From Callorhinchus milii (lineage: Eukaryota): a stretch of 64,000 bases of DNA. This document shows positions 1 through 12,900 of this stretch, piece by piece. Location: assembly GCF_018977255.1 (NCBI RefSeq), contig NW_024704795.1, forward strand, positions 62,001 through 126,000, given 5' to 3'. A program made the position numbers and the translations under genes. Numbering within the stretch: position 1 is the first letter of the stretch; every line of letters begins with the position of its first letter. Under the pieces are notes generated by a model. The model had not been told where the DNA came from. It made no database searches and worked only from the letters and a program-made list of their open reading frames with translations.

Positions 1-705
1 GTTGGCTGAATAGGGCAGAGCTCTTCAATGTTCAAAAAGTAGCCAAATAATGCTTTGCTATTTGGTAACTCGGTGACATGGGGGAGCAAATATTTTTGCC
101 TTTCAAGGTGAACCCTCAGCGGTTAAGAGAGGATACTTGGAGATATTGTTTGTGCAAATTATGATTGTAGACATTTCTATGTTGGAAAAGAGAACAATAT
201 CCACAATGTAACAAAACAGTCTTTGGGAGATTTTTTTAAAAGATTTTATTTTTATATTGAGATATTCTTCAATACGACCATTGCTCTAAACTATAGAATC
301 ATGAAAAATGTGAACCATTGAAGGAGGCCTTTCACACAACTGTGCTTGTATTAAACACCTCCTTCAATGACTGTTGCAATGAGTTCCATCACATTCTCCA
401 GCTGCTTCCCCCACAGCCTTTTGTATTACTGTTGCAGATATTTATCAAATGCTCTCATTATGAAATTTGAAACCGCCTCAGCCATGGTTTCATATTGGGC
501 ATTCCATGTCCGAACAGATTTCTGTGTTAAATCTCCCATCATTTGTTTCTGTTTTGTGATTCATAGTATGTATGTTTGAATAGTTTTAAGATAGTGGATG
601 GCTTTCCACAATTGTCTGACATCTTTCTGACAAAAGTAAAATTATGCTATTTTGATCAGACACAAAATCTACAACCACAGTGATTTTATTATAATAATGA
701 TGACA

Positions 706-1012
706 ATAATAATAATAATAATCCTTGCATTTGATATAGCGCTTTTCATGTCTTCTCAATGTCTCAAAGCGCTTCACAGAATATGCTGTAAAGTGAATTA
801 ATTGTATATTTGTTGGCGAAACGCGGCAGCCAATTGACCACAGCAGCGTCCCACAAACAGTCATGGATTGAAAATGACCAATTATTGTTTTGTTTTTTGG
901 AGGGATTATTATTAGGTGTGTGGAGTAAGGAAACTTGCCCAAGGTTTCTCCCTGCCTGGATTTGAAGCCAGGGGCAAGGCGAGGGCAATAACCACTGAGC
1001 TACAGGACTACA
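706..1012 (-). mobile_element. tRNA-derived SINE, same family (copies at ~34802-35101 and ~54750-55052)
   Basis: Reverse complement of the 24567 element with an (AAT)n tail; head partly deleted. Confidence 0.85.
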
Positions 1013-1530
1013 GTTCATCATAACTTCAAAGTTTATCGACATGTATTAATTCACCTGGAATAAAGGTTTTATTTTCTCTGATTTCACATCAGTTAAATTA
1101 ATTTGCACAAATATTATCTGCCAGTTTCCTCTCTTGCAGGTTTACACCTGAGCTTTCACCCTGAGAGACAGAAATATCTGCTTCCCCTGTGGTCAGCCTC
1201 GGTATTGCAGCCCGGAGACTGGCTTCCTTATCTGATGGTAAGATCTTCCAAACCCCACAAGACAGCAGGGCTGTGGAGGACAGCAGGACAGCAGGTTGTG
1301 TTGCTTTGAGTTATATAGAGTTAACTCTCAAGTTAATGCTGTATTACTCAAAGCAACACAAAGGCCTGTGAGGATAAAGCACAATAGTGGAAACTTGTTG
1401 CATTTATTTACTAATAAATGCTAATGCCAATATATATTTAATGCAACAATGGTTACTGGGCTCATAATTAAGCAGAATAGTCCCAGTAAAGAGAAATCCA
1501 ATTCAAATACAGTTCAGAATGTCTGTCTTG

Positions 1531-1585
1531 TCTCTGTATAACAGGTCTGGTCTCGGTAAACTGGCCTGGTCTCCAGATAACTGTC
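1531..1585 (+). repeat. Three-monomer relic of the 20-bp satellite (also at ~55573-55627)
   Basis: TCTCTGTATAACAGGTCTGGTCTCGGTAAACTGGCCTGGTCTC. Confidence 0.7.
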
Positions 1586-1811
1586 TGTACCGTTTCAGGT
1601 AAATTTGATGTACACATAGCGGGCAAATAATATTTTGAGGTGAAAAGCAAAAGATGTTTAGTTGATATTTTTTATGGGGATATTTGCTCTTGACACACTT
1701 GGTCTTTGTCTGTTCCAAACAGTTTAGAAGCAGCGTTGGTTACTGGGCAAAGATATCATTGTTGTCTTTTACGAATGCTTGTTTGGTAACTAACACAGAG
1801 ACGAAAACGAC

Positions 1812-1883
1812 CTCCCTGTCGGCGATTTGAACCCCGGTCTCCCGCGTGACAGGCGGAGATACTAACCACTGGACTAACTCGGA
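1812..1883 (-). tRNA. tRNA-Asp(GTC)-like gene, probably a pseudogene (unit 1)
   Basis: TCCGAGTTAGTCCAGTGGTTAGTATCTCCGCCTGTCACGCGGGAGACCGGGGTTCAAATCGCCGACAGGGAG, 72 nt, aligns to vertebrate tRNA-Asp-GTC; 2 acceptor-stem mismatches and 1 T-stem mismatch; TTTT terminator follows. Confidence 0.8.
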
Positions 1884-2037
1884 TTCACACCGACTCAGGT
1901 GCCAAGATGCTGCCATGGACACACGCCAAAGGTCCCAGTACCTGCTGTTTATGTCTATGTTTCTGCTCTCCTGTGACAGACACTCTGCTCACCCCAGAAT
2001 CATTCGTTAGGTGCAGCTCGTTTGGGAGGGAATGGGT

Positions 2038-2053
2038 GGCTCTGAGAAGAGCC
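2038..2053 (-). terminator. Histone 3' stem-loop of H1 (also at 37028-37043 and 56076-56091)
   Basis: Minus strand reads CCCAAA-GGCTCT-TCTC-AGAGCC-ACCCA, followed by the HDE-like AAACGAGCTG. Confidence 0.92.
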
Positions 2054-2084
2054 TTTGGGGGTTAATATCAGCAGAGGGGAGAAG

Positions 2085-2735
2085 TTACTTCTTTTTGGCT
2101 GGTGTTTTCTTAGCCGCCGGCGCTTTGGGGAAACGTTTGGCGGTTTTGCCGCTTGGTCTCTTTGAGGCTGCGGGCTTCTTTACAGCTTTCTTTACCACCG
2201 CTTTCTTTACAGGTTTTTTGGCCGATTTGGGCTTCTTACTCACGGCAGCTTTCGGGGTCTTCTTGACAGCGGGAGACTTGGCTTTGTGGACTCTCTTGGG
2301 CACAGATGGTTTCTTGGGTGAACTTGGCTTTTTTGTTGCAAGTTTCTTCCGTGGAGAAGCTTTCTTGGCGGCCGCTGCCTTCTTCCCCCGCGGGGTCGGC
2401 TTCTTTGCCGCGTTGTCCTTGTTGAGTTTGAAGGAGCCGGTGGCGCCGATGCCCGTGGTCTGGATCAGGATACCTCTGTCTGTCAGTCTCTTCAGAGAAG
2501 CCCTGACCTGGTGTTTGTGAGTTTCCGGCTTGTAGCCTTTGGCGTCCAGAGTCTTCTTGATGGCGACCACGGACAAGCCCCTGCGATGCTCAGCGCTCGC
2601 CACCATCTGCTTGATCTCCTCCATCAGGTTGAAGCCGGGTTTCTGCTTCGGGGCAACGCGCTTCTTCTTGGCGGCTTTGGGCGAAGCGGTGGCGGCTGCA
2701 GGAGGCTGGACGGCGGCGGGAGCAGTTTCAGCCAT
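2085..2735 (-). CDS. H1: Linker histone H1, divergent, replication-dependent type (unit 1)
   Basis: 216-aa intronless ORF starting MAETAPAA, with a winged-helix end motif QTTGIGATGSFKLNK and a K/A/P-rich C-tail containing SPKK/TPK motifs; followed by a 3' stem-loop. Confidence 0.95.
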   Translation of the reverse strand: MAETAPAAVQPPAAATASPKAAKKKRVAPKQKPGFNLMEEIKQMVASAEHRRGLSVVAIKKTLDAKGYKPETHKHQVRASLKRLTDRGILIQTTGIGATGSFKLNKDNAAKKPTPRGKKAAAAKKASPRKKLATKKPSSPKKPSVPKRVHKAKSPAVKKTPKAAVSKKPKSAKKPVKKAVVKKAVKKPAASKRPSGKTAKRFPKAPAAKKTPAKKK

Positions 2736-2864
2736 AGTCCCTGTGAGAGGCTCAGTGTGTGGAGCTGCTCAGGATAGTGAAGCCAGGCGGCGCCACAGCC
2801 ACTTACAGCCTCCGAGCGGACGCGGCAGAGTCAGCCGCTGCTCAGCTTCCGGGTTTCAAATCTC

Positions 2865-2871
2865 TGTGTTT
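2865..2871 (-). promoter_or_regulatory. H1-box (AAACACA) of the H1 promoter
   Basis: Minus strand reads GAAACACAGA ~130 bp upstream of the H1 ATG; conserved in all three units. Confidence 0.75.
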
Positions 2872-3510
2872 CTGTCGTTTCCAAAACTGATCGTTTGTCT
2901 CTAAACTCGTTTGTGCTGAGAGTCAACAACAGCCTTTTGCTGAAGTGCACAATCCGCTCTTCACTGAGAGACACTGCACAACTGAACTAAAGGCAGCAGC
3001 TTCCAGTTAAAAACGTTTGAATGTGGGATTGCCCGCGGATCAGCGCTGAATCCTGGACATATTGACGGCGACTTGAATGATATTCTCAAACCAAACAGAA
3101 TCACAGCTTAAATTGTGGCTGTGATGTCAAGCAGAGGGTCGGGGCCATCCCGTCAACAGAAAATATTCTTACTTCTGGTGCTAGGGATTTGGAAATCCCG
3201 GGATGAAGCTGGACACACTAGCACAGTGACTGGAATCTGAGTCTGGCGCCTTTTTAACACAGAGCCGCTGACACTATCATTGAATCAGCGCCTTGAACTG
3301 GCAAACTATACCCCAGTCATTGAATTCTCAGGAGCGGATTTTCCTCTGTCCATGTTATGTGCTGCAGTCTCCCGGAGTTTGTGACTGTTTGGCAGCGCAG
3401 TGAGTGACAGGAGGCTCTGAGATAGGAGCTCGCCACAGTGTCAGTGTTCTCACAGATAGGACAAAGGAGAAAGGATTTCACTGGTTCTGTCTGTGTGCTC
3501 CACGGTTAAT

Positions 3511-3780
3511 AGTAATAATAATAATCCTTGCATTTGATATAGCGCTTTTCACGTCAGGAGGACGTCCCAAAGCGCTTCACAGAACACACTGTAAAGTGAA
3601 TTGACTGTATATTTGTGGGCGAACGCGGCAGCCAATTGCGCACAGCAATGTCCCACAAACAGTCCTGGATTGAAAATGACCAATTTATTATTGTGTTTGG
3701 TTTTGGAGGGATTATTATTAGGCTCTGTGTGGAGTAAGGAAACTTGCCCAAGGTTTCGCCCTCTGCCTGGAATTGAACTG
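3511..3780 (-). mobile_element. 5'-truncated SINE, same family (copies at ~38501-38779 and ~57547-57822)
   Basis: Matches the SINE from the B-box to the tail. Confidence 0.85.
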
Positions 3781-4540
3781 ATTGTTTAACTACAGAGATA
3801 TAGATAGCAATAAAAGGCTTACATGGCGATTGAGGTCAAAGGGGAATATTCGCAGGCACATGCCAATCCTCTCCAGCTAGCTGAACAAATCTCGAGCATG
3901 TTTCATGACATAAACAGCTGCCTGAAAATAACATGGAATGACTTTGGGCTGAGAGCCATTCATTCTCCGTTTCTCTGCCGAGCACTGAATGTGTTACAGT
4001 ATCAGCTGTGGCGGTGACTCCCTGTCAGGCCGTGTTACTGTGTGAATCTTTGGTTCACACTGAGACTCGCAGCAAATTCAAAAAGCCCGCCAGTTTCACT
4101 ACGGTGACTACATTCTCCTTCCCATCAATAGCTACAACAGCGGGAAATATACAGCGGTGGAATGGCAAAACACAGCGTTGATCATTCGGCGAAAAATAGA
4201 AAGAAACTGAGAAGTTTCCGAGCTCGAGATTCTGGCTAAAATCTGGCAGTGACACAGACACTGAGCCTCATCTTATACCTTCAACCTCTAATATTCCATG
4301 TCTGTGCCTGTAACATGCTGGGAATTAAGGAGCATTTGGGTTATTTTCAGGGAAGCCACATTAACAGTTAACAGTAACTCTTTCTGGTCAGTGAGGTTGA
4401 ATGGTATTTCCCGCGCACATTCCAGCTGGAGAGCTGCTTTAACATTACTGCTTGATGGGAAACCATGGGGTTTAGAGGTTCACATGGCATTTGAATTGGG
4501 GTTCTTTTGGTTTCCGGTTTGCTTTTGCGAAATTGTTTGA

Positions 4541-5050
<510 letters not shown>

Positions 5051-5083
5051 ACATCTCCTCAACGTCAAGACACAAAGAACAAA

Positions 5084-5099
5084 GGCTCTTATAAGAGCC
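5084..5099 (+). terminator. Histone 3' stem-loop of H4 (also at 40082-40097 and 59039-59054)
   Basis: ACAAA-GGCTCT-TATA-AGAGCC-GCCCA, followed by the HDE-like CAAAGGCTGT. Confidence 0.9.
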
Positions 5100-5351
5100 G
5101 CCCAAGTGCTCATATCAAAGGCTGTAACTTCCAAACGAAACTCGTCTGGCGTCAGGCGTTTGTCCTTCACTATATATAATGTGGTCGCTCCAGCGGGAGC
5201 CCGAATAAGATTGTCCACAGACAAACCACAGCTTAGTGTTTCTGTATCCAACTTGTCATGACTTCTGTTACTATGAATCTCACACGGACAGCCTCCATGT
5301 TCCCGAAGGTTATGTTGCTAAGGAGCTGGAGAATTGGAAACCTTGAGCCAC

Positions 5352-5810
5352 GTAGAATGAATAGAATAGTACGGCACAGAAGGAGGCCATTCGGCCCATT
5401 GTGTCTGCCGGCTGTTTGAAAAGAGCCACCCAAGTCAGTCCCCTGCTCTCTCCCCATCGCCCTGCAAACTGGTTCTCTCCAAATAATGATCGATTTCTCT
5501 CATAAAGTGGCCATCGGCGTCCACCAGCCTTTCACACAATGGATTCAAGATCCAAACAACTCCTTGTGTGAAAACATTTCTCCTCACCTCCCCTCTGTTT
5601 CTTTTAACTCGGTGTCCTCGGGTTACTGACCCACCCGTCAGTGGGAATAGTTTCTCCTTCTTTACTTTATCAAATCTGCTCCAAATTCTCCGCTTAACCG
5701 TCCCTGCTCCAAGGAGAATAATCCGAGCTTCTCAAGCCTCTCCTGATAACTGAAGTCCCTCATTCCTGGTACCATCCTGGTAAATCTCCTTCACTTCCTC
5801 TCCAGTATCT
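5352..5810 (-). mobile_element. CR1 LINE 3' end fragment (copies at ~40350-41020 and 59308-59608)
   Basis: Tail ACGGCACAGAAGGAGGCCATTCGGCCC; the unit 2 copy translates to GMRNFSYQERLEKLGLFSLEQGRL and TRGH motifs. Confidence 0.8.
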
Positions 5811-5908
5811 CGCAGGTTCCCATTGTTAGTGGGACCAAAGGATCTTGTGTCTCATGCCTCAGCTCTACAGCAACAACAAATGACACGGTCTTCAGACGGG
5901 AATTGAAG

Positions 5909-6240
5909 GAGGCAAGCTTGGGGGTGAAGTGGAGGGATTGTGGGGTAGAGTTCCAGACTGTGGGGGCAGGGATGCTGAATGCCTGACCACCAATGGGATA
6001 TGATGAAATTGTGTATTGGGGTCTCAATGGCCTGTGGTGAGAGGCAGTGGTGGAGATGGGCAATGTTGCAGAGGTGTGGAAAGATGGAACAGTTCATGGC
6101 ATGAATGAAGGGTTTGAAGGGTAGCTGAAGATCGAAAAGGACACCGAGGTTTCGGATTGGCTCCGTGAGGTGAAGAGTGCAGACATCAATGGTGGTGTCT
6201 GCATTACTGCCGATGTGTCAGCTCATCTTCCATGTTTTCA
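5909..6240 (-). mobile_element. L2-like LINE fragment (copy at ~41118-41450)
   Basis: Translates to GGQAFSIPAPTVWNSTPQSL, typical of the L2 ORF2 C-terminus. Confidence 0.55.
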
Positions 6241-6289
6241 GTTGTTTTCTGACTTTGTCCCGACAGATAGTCCTGATATATGTTCATTG

Positions 6290-6570
6290 GCACACATACA
6301 CACTGACTCACACACGTACATACCCATGCATACACACGTACACACATACTAACGCACTCACACACACATATATATATGCACATATATACCTACAAACGTA
6401 CATACACACACACACACATGCACACTTACAGACACACACACGAAAACATACACACACACACACATTCACACACACTCACATACACACACATATACACACA
6501 TGCACATACACACACATGCACACTCACACACACGTACGCACCCACACACATGCACGCTCACACACACACG
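6290..6570. repeat. Imperfect (CA)n microsatellite (also at ~41500-41790; inverted as (TG)n at ~32120-32225)
   Basis: CA/TA dinucleotide runs. Confidence 0.9.
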
Positions 6571-6963
6571 TACAGGCAAGCAGGGCAATGGGAGAGCAGC
6601 ACAGAGTGGGAGAAGCAAAGTGTGGGGTTGGGAGCAAGAACATTATCAGGCGTGGACGGCTCGGTTCGGGGCAACAGCCAAAATGTGCCCACAGAGGCCA
6701 GGAGCGAGCGATCAGTGGGACACGATCAGCACACGGTCTGTGGGTATATTCACACAACAGAGACACATAAATTTATCAAATCAAAACCCATTTAATATGC
6801 TGTTGAGTGATGCAGTATTGACAATTGTACATCTTACATTAAGTGCACATACTCCACACTCAAAAAATGAACACAAGGCAGAAAATCAGGATTCCTGTTT
6901 GCATATTATATTTCAGTTGCTGGAGACAGACACAGGGAACACTTCGGCAACAATCATACTCAC

Positions 6964-9900
6964 TCTGGATAACTGGCCTGGTCTCTGTATAACAGGCCTG
7001 GTCTCTGTATAACAGCGCTGGTCTCTGTATTAGTGGCCTGGTCTCTGTATAAGAGGCCTAGACTCTGTATAACAGCGCTGGTCTCTGTATAAGAGGTCTG
7101 GTCTCTGTATAAATGGCCTGGTCTCTGTATAACAGCGCTGGTCTCTGCATAATAGACCTGGTCTCTGTAAGGCTGCTCTGGTCTCTGTATTACTGGCCTG
7201 TTCTCTGTATAAGAGGTCTGGTCTCTGTATAACAGCGCTCGTCTCTGTATTAGAGGCCTGGACTCTGTATAAGAGGCCTAGACTCTGTATAACAGCCTTG
7301 GCCTCTGTATAAGAGGCCTGATCTCTGTATAAATGGCCTGGTCTCTGTATAACAGTGCTGGTCTCTGCATAATAGACCTGGTCTCTGTTAGGCTGCTCTG
7401 GTCTCTGTATTACTGGCCTGGTCTCTGTATAAGAGGTCGGGTCTCTGTATATCAGGCCTGGTCTTGGAATAACTGGCCTGTTCTCTGTAAAACTGGCCTG
7501 GTCTCTGTATAACAGCCCTGGTCTCTGTATAAGTGGCCTGGTCTCAGTGTAACAGGCCTGATCACTGCACAGCTGGCCTGGTCTCTGTATAACAGCTCTG
7601 GTCTCTGTAAAACTGACCTGGTCTCTGTATAACAGCCCAGGTCTCTGTATAACAGGCCTGGTCTCTGTTTAACAGGCCTGGTCTCTATAAAGCTTGCCTG
7701 GTCTCTGTATAACTGGTCTAGTCTATGTATAAACGGTCTGGTCTCTGTAAACTGGCCTCGTCTCTGTATAACAGCCCTTGTCTCTGTATATGTGGCCTGG
7801 TCTCTGTATAACAGGTCTGGTCTCTATATAACTGGCCTGGTCTCTGTGTAACAGGCCTCGTCGCTGTAAAACTGGCCTGGTTTCTGTAAAACTGGCCTGG
7901 TCTCTGTATAACAGCTCTGGTCTCTGTAAGGCTGGCCTGGTCTCTGTATTACTGCTCTGGTCTCGGTATGACTGGCCTTTTCTCTGTATTAGAGATCTGG
8001 TCTCTGTATAAGAGGACTGGTCTCTTTATAACAGCCCTGGTCTCTGTATAAGTGGCCTGGTCTCTGTATAAGATGCCGTCTCTGTGTAAGAGGCCTGGTC
8101 TCTGTGTAAGAGGCCTGGTCTCTGTGTTAATGCTCTAGTCTCTGCATAACTGGCCTGGTCTCTGCATAACAGCCCGGGTCTCTGTACAACAGCACTGGTC
8201 TCTGTATAAGAGGCCTGGTCTCTGTATAAGAGTCCTGGTATCTATATTAATGCTCTGGTCTGTGTATAACTGGCCTGGTCTCTGTATAACTCACCTGGTC
8301 TTTGTATAACTGGCCGGGTCTCTGTAACACTGGCCTGGTTTCTGTAAAACTGGCATGGTCTCTGCATTACCGCTCTGGTCTCTGTATTACTGGCCTGGTC
8401 TCTGTATTACTGGCCTGGTCTCTGTATAAGAGGTCTGGTCTCTGTATAAGAGGCCTGGTCTCTGTATTACTGCCCTGGTCTCTGTATAACAGCCCTGGTC
8501 TCTGTATAAGAGGCCTGGTCTCTGGATAAGAGCCCTGGTCTCTATATTAATGCTCTGGTCTCTGTATAACTGGGCTGGTCTCTGTATAACTCACCTGGTC
8601 TTTGTATTACTGGCCGGGTCTCTGTAAAACTGGCCTGGTTTCTGTAAAACTGGCATGGTCTCTGTACAACAGCTCTGGTCTCTGTATAACTGGCCTGGTC
8701 TCTGTATTACTGCTCCGGTCTCTGTATAACTCACCTGGTCTTTGTATTACTGGCCGGGTCTCTGTAAAACTGGCCTGGTTTCTGTAAAACTGGCATGGTC
8801 TCTGTATAACAGCTCTGGTCTCTGTATTACTGCCCTGGTCTCTGTATAACAGCCCTGGTCTCTGTATAACAGCCCTGGTCTCTATATAAGAGGTCTGGTC
8901 TCTGTATAACTGGCCGGGTTTCTGTATAACTGGCCTGGTCTCTGTATAACTCACCTGGTCTTTGTATAACTGGCTGGGTCACTGTAAAACTGGCCTGGTC
9001 TCTGTATAACTGGCCTGGTCTCTGTATTACTGCTCTGGTCTCTGTATAACTGGCCTGGTCTCTGTATAACTTACCTGTTCTCTGTATAACTGGCCTGGTC
9101 TCTGTATAACAGGCATGGTTTCTGTATAACTCGCCTGGTCTCTGTATAACTGGCCGGGTCTCTGTATAACTGGCCTGGTCTCTGTATAAAAGGCCTCGTC
9201 TCTGTATAACTAGCCTGGTCTCTGTATTATTGCCCTGGTCTCTGTATAACAGCCCTGGTCTCTGTATAACAGCCCTGGTCTCTATATAAGAGGTCTGGTC
9301 TCTGTATAACAGCCCTGGTCTCTGTATAGCATCCCTTGTGTCTGTATTACCGGCCTGGTTTCTGTATTACTGGACTGGCCTCTGTATAACAGCCCTGGTC
9401 TCTGTAAAGCTGGCCTGGTCTCTGTATCACCGCTCTGGTCTCTGTATTACTGGCCTGGTCTCTGTATTACTGGCCTGGTCTCTGTATAAGAGGTCTGGTC
9501 TCTGTATAAGAGGCCTGGTCTCTGTATTACTGCCCTGGTCTCTGTATAACAGCCCTGGTCTCTGTATAAGAGGCCTGGTCTCTGGATAAGAGCCGTGGTC
9601 TCTATATTAATGCTCTGGTTTCTGTATAACTGGCCTGGTCTCTGTATAACTCACCTGTTCTCTGTATAACTGGCCGGGTCTCTGTATAACTGGCCTGGTC
9701 TCTGTATAAATCACCTGGTCTTTGTATTACTGGCCGGGTCTCTGTAAAACTGGCCTGGTTTCTGTAAAACTGGCATGGTCTCTGTATAACTGGCCTGGTC
9801 TCTGTATTACTGCTCCGGTCTCTGAATAACTTGCCTGGTCTCTGTATAACTCACCTTTTCTCTGTATAACTGGCCTGGTCTCTGTATAGTTCACCTGTTC

Positions 9901-12900
9901 TCTGTATAACTGGCCGGGTCTCTGTATAACTGGCCTGGTCTCTGTATAACTCACCTGGTCTTTGTATAACTGGCCGGCTCTCTGTAAAACTGGCCTGGTC
10001 TCTGTATTACTGCCCTGGTCTCTATATAACAGCCCTGGTCTCTATATAAGAGGTCTGGTCTCTGTATAACAGCCCTGGTCTCTGTATAGCATCCCTTGTG
10101 TCTGTATTACCGGCCTGGTTTCTGTATTACTGGACTGGCCTCTGTATAACAGCCCTGGTTTCTGTAAAGCTGGCCTGGTCTCTGTATTACCGCTCTGGTC
10201 TCTGTATTACTGGCCTGGTCTCTTTATTACTGGCCTGGTCTCTGTATAAGAGGTCTGGTCTCTGTATAACTGGCCGGGTCTCTGTATAACTGGCCTGGTC
10301 TCTGTATAACTCACCTGGTCTTTGTATAACTGGCCGGGTCTCTGTAAAACTGGCCTGGTTTCTGTAAAACTGGCATGGTCTCTGTATAACAGCTCTGGTC
10401 TCTGTACAGCATCCCTTGTGTCTGTATTACCGGCCTGGTATTACTGGACTGGCCTCTGTATAACAGCCCTGGTCTCTGTAAAGCTGGCCTGGTCTCTGTA
10501 TCACCGCTCTGGTCTCTGTATTACTGGCCTGGTCTCTGTATTACTGCCCTGGTCTCTGTATAACAGCCCTGGTCTCTGTATAAGAGGCCTGGTCTCTGGA
10601 TAAGAGCCGTGGTCTCTATATTAATGCTCTGGTTTCTGTATAACTGGCCTGGTCTCTGTATAACTCACCTGTTCTCTGTATAACTGGCCGGGTCTCTGTA
10701 TAACTGGCCTGGTCTCTGTATAAATCACCTGGTCTTTGTATTACTCTGCCGGGTCTCTGTAAAACTGGCCTGGTTTCTGTAAAACTGGCATGGTCTCTGT
10801 ATAACAGCTCTGGTCTCTGTATAACTGGCCTGGTCTCTGTATTACTGCTCCGGTCTCTGAATAACTTGCCTGGTCTCTGTATAACTCACCTTTTCTCTGT
10901 ATAACTGGCCTGGTCTCTGTATAACTCACCTGTTCTCTGTATAACTGGCCGGGTCTCTGTATAACTGGCCTGGTCTCTGTATAACTCACCTGGTCTTTGT
11001 ATAACTCACCTGTTCTCTGTATAACTGGCCGGGTCTCTGTATAACTGGCCTGGTCTCTGTATAACTCACCTGGTCTTTGTATAACTGGCCGGGTCTCTGT
11101 AAAACTGGCCTGGTTTCTGTAAAACTGGCATGGTCTCTGTATAACAGCTCTGGTCTCTGTACAGCATCCCTTGTGTCTGTATTACCGGCCTGGTATTACT
11201 GGACTGGCCTCTGTATAACAGCCCTGGTCTCTGTAAAGCTGGCCTGGTCTCTGTATCACCGCTTTGGTCTCTGTATTACTGGCCTGGTCTCTGTATTACT
11301 GCCCTGGTCTCTGTATAACAGCCCTGGTCTCTGTATAAGAGGCCTGGTCTCTGGATAAGAGCCGTGGTCTCTATATTAATGCTCTGGTTTCTGTATAACA
11401 GGCCTGGTCTCTGTTTAACAGGCCTGGTCTCTATAAAGCTTGCCTGGTCTCTGTATAACTTGTCTAGTCTATGTATAAACGGTCTGGTCTCTGTAAACTG
11501 GCCTCGTCTCTGTATAACAGCCCTTGTCTCTGTATATGTGGCCTGGTCTCTGTATAACAGGTCTGGTCTCTATATAACTGGCCTGGTCTCTGTGTAACAG
11601 GCCTCGTCGCTGTAAAACTGGCCTGGTTTCTGTAAAACTGGCCTGGTCTCTGTATAACAGCTCTGGTCTCTGTAAGGCTGGCCTGGTCTCTGTATTACTG
11701 CTCTGGTCTCGGTATGACTGGCCTTTTCTCTGTATTAGAGATCTGGTCTCTGTATAAGAGGACTGGTCTCTTTATAACAGCCCTGGTCTCTGTATAAGTG
11801 GCCTGGTCTCTGTATAAGATGCCGTCTCTGTGTAAGAGGCCTGGTCTCTGTGTAAGAGGCCTGGTCTCTGTGTTAATGCTCTAGTCTCTGCATAACTGGC
11901 CTGGTCTCTGCATAACAGCCCGGGTCTCTGTACAACAGCACTGGTCTCTGTATAAGAGGCCTGGTCTCTGTATAAGAGTCCTGGTATCTATATTAATGCT
12001 CTGGTCTGTGTATAACTGGCCTGGTCTCTGTAACACTGGCCTGGTTTCTGTAAAACTGGCATGGTCTCTGCATTACCGCTCTGGTCTCTGTATTACTGGC
12101 CTGGTCTCTGTATTACTGGCCTGGTCTCTGTATAAGAGGTCTGGTCTCTGTATAAGAGGCCTGGTCTCTGTATTACTGCCCTGGTCTCTGTATAACAGCC
12201 CTGGTCTCTGTATAAGAGGCCTGGTCTCTGGATAAGAGCCCTGGTCTCTATATTAATGCTCTGGTCTCTGTATAACTGGGCTGGTCTCTGTATAACTCAC
12301 CTGGTCTTTGTATTACTGGCCGGGTCTCTGTAAAACTGGCCTGGTTTCTGTAAAACTGGCATGGTCTCTGTACAACAGCTCTGGTCTCTGTATAACTGGC
12401 CTGGTCTCTGTATTACTGCTCCGGTCTCTGTATAACTCACCTGGTCTTTGTATTACTGGCCGGGTCTCTGTAAAACTGGCCTGGTTTCTGTAAAACTGGC
12501 ATGGTCTCTGTATAACAGCTCTGGTCTCTGTATTACTGCCCTGGTCTCTGTATAACAGCCCTGGTCTCTGTATAACAGCCCTGGTCTCTATATAAGAGGT
12601 CTGGTCTCTGTATAACTGGCCGGGTTTCTGTATAACTGGCCTGGTCTCTGTATAACTCACCTGGTCTTTGTATAACTGGCTGGGTCACTGTAAAACTGGC
12701 CTGGTCTCTGTATAACTGGCCTGGTCTCTGTATTACTGCTCTGGTCTCTGTATAACTGGCCTGGTCTCTGTATAACTTACCTGTTCTCTGTATAACTGGC
12801 CTGGTCTCCGAATAACAGGCATGGTTTCTGTATAACTCGCCTGGTCTCTGTATAACTGGCCGGGTCTCTGTATAACTGGCCTGGTCTCTGTATAAAAGGC

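Noticed and set aside
2011-2520. Antisense ORFs over H1, H4, H3 and H2A (e.g. 4472-5251, 26283-27182, 27278-27808, 39287-40249)
   Set aside because: Shadow ORFs produced by the GC-rich codon bias of histone genes.
5410-5432. Second stem-loop-like motif GGCTGTTTGAAAAGAGCCACCCA downstream of H4
   Set aside because: It lies in a CR1 3' end (related sequence at ~62887), has a stem mismatch and a 6-nt loop, and has no clear HDE; probably coincidental.
6177-7012. His/Thr-rich ORFs, and Ser/Leu-rich ORFs at 61590-62844
   Set aside because: Translations of CA, CT and GA microsatellites.
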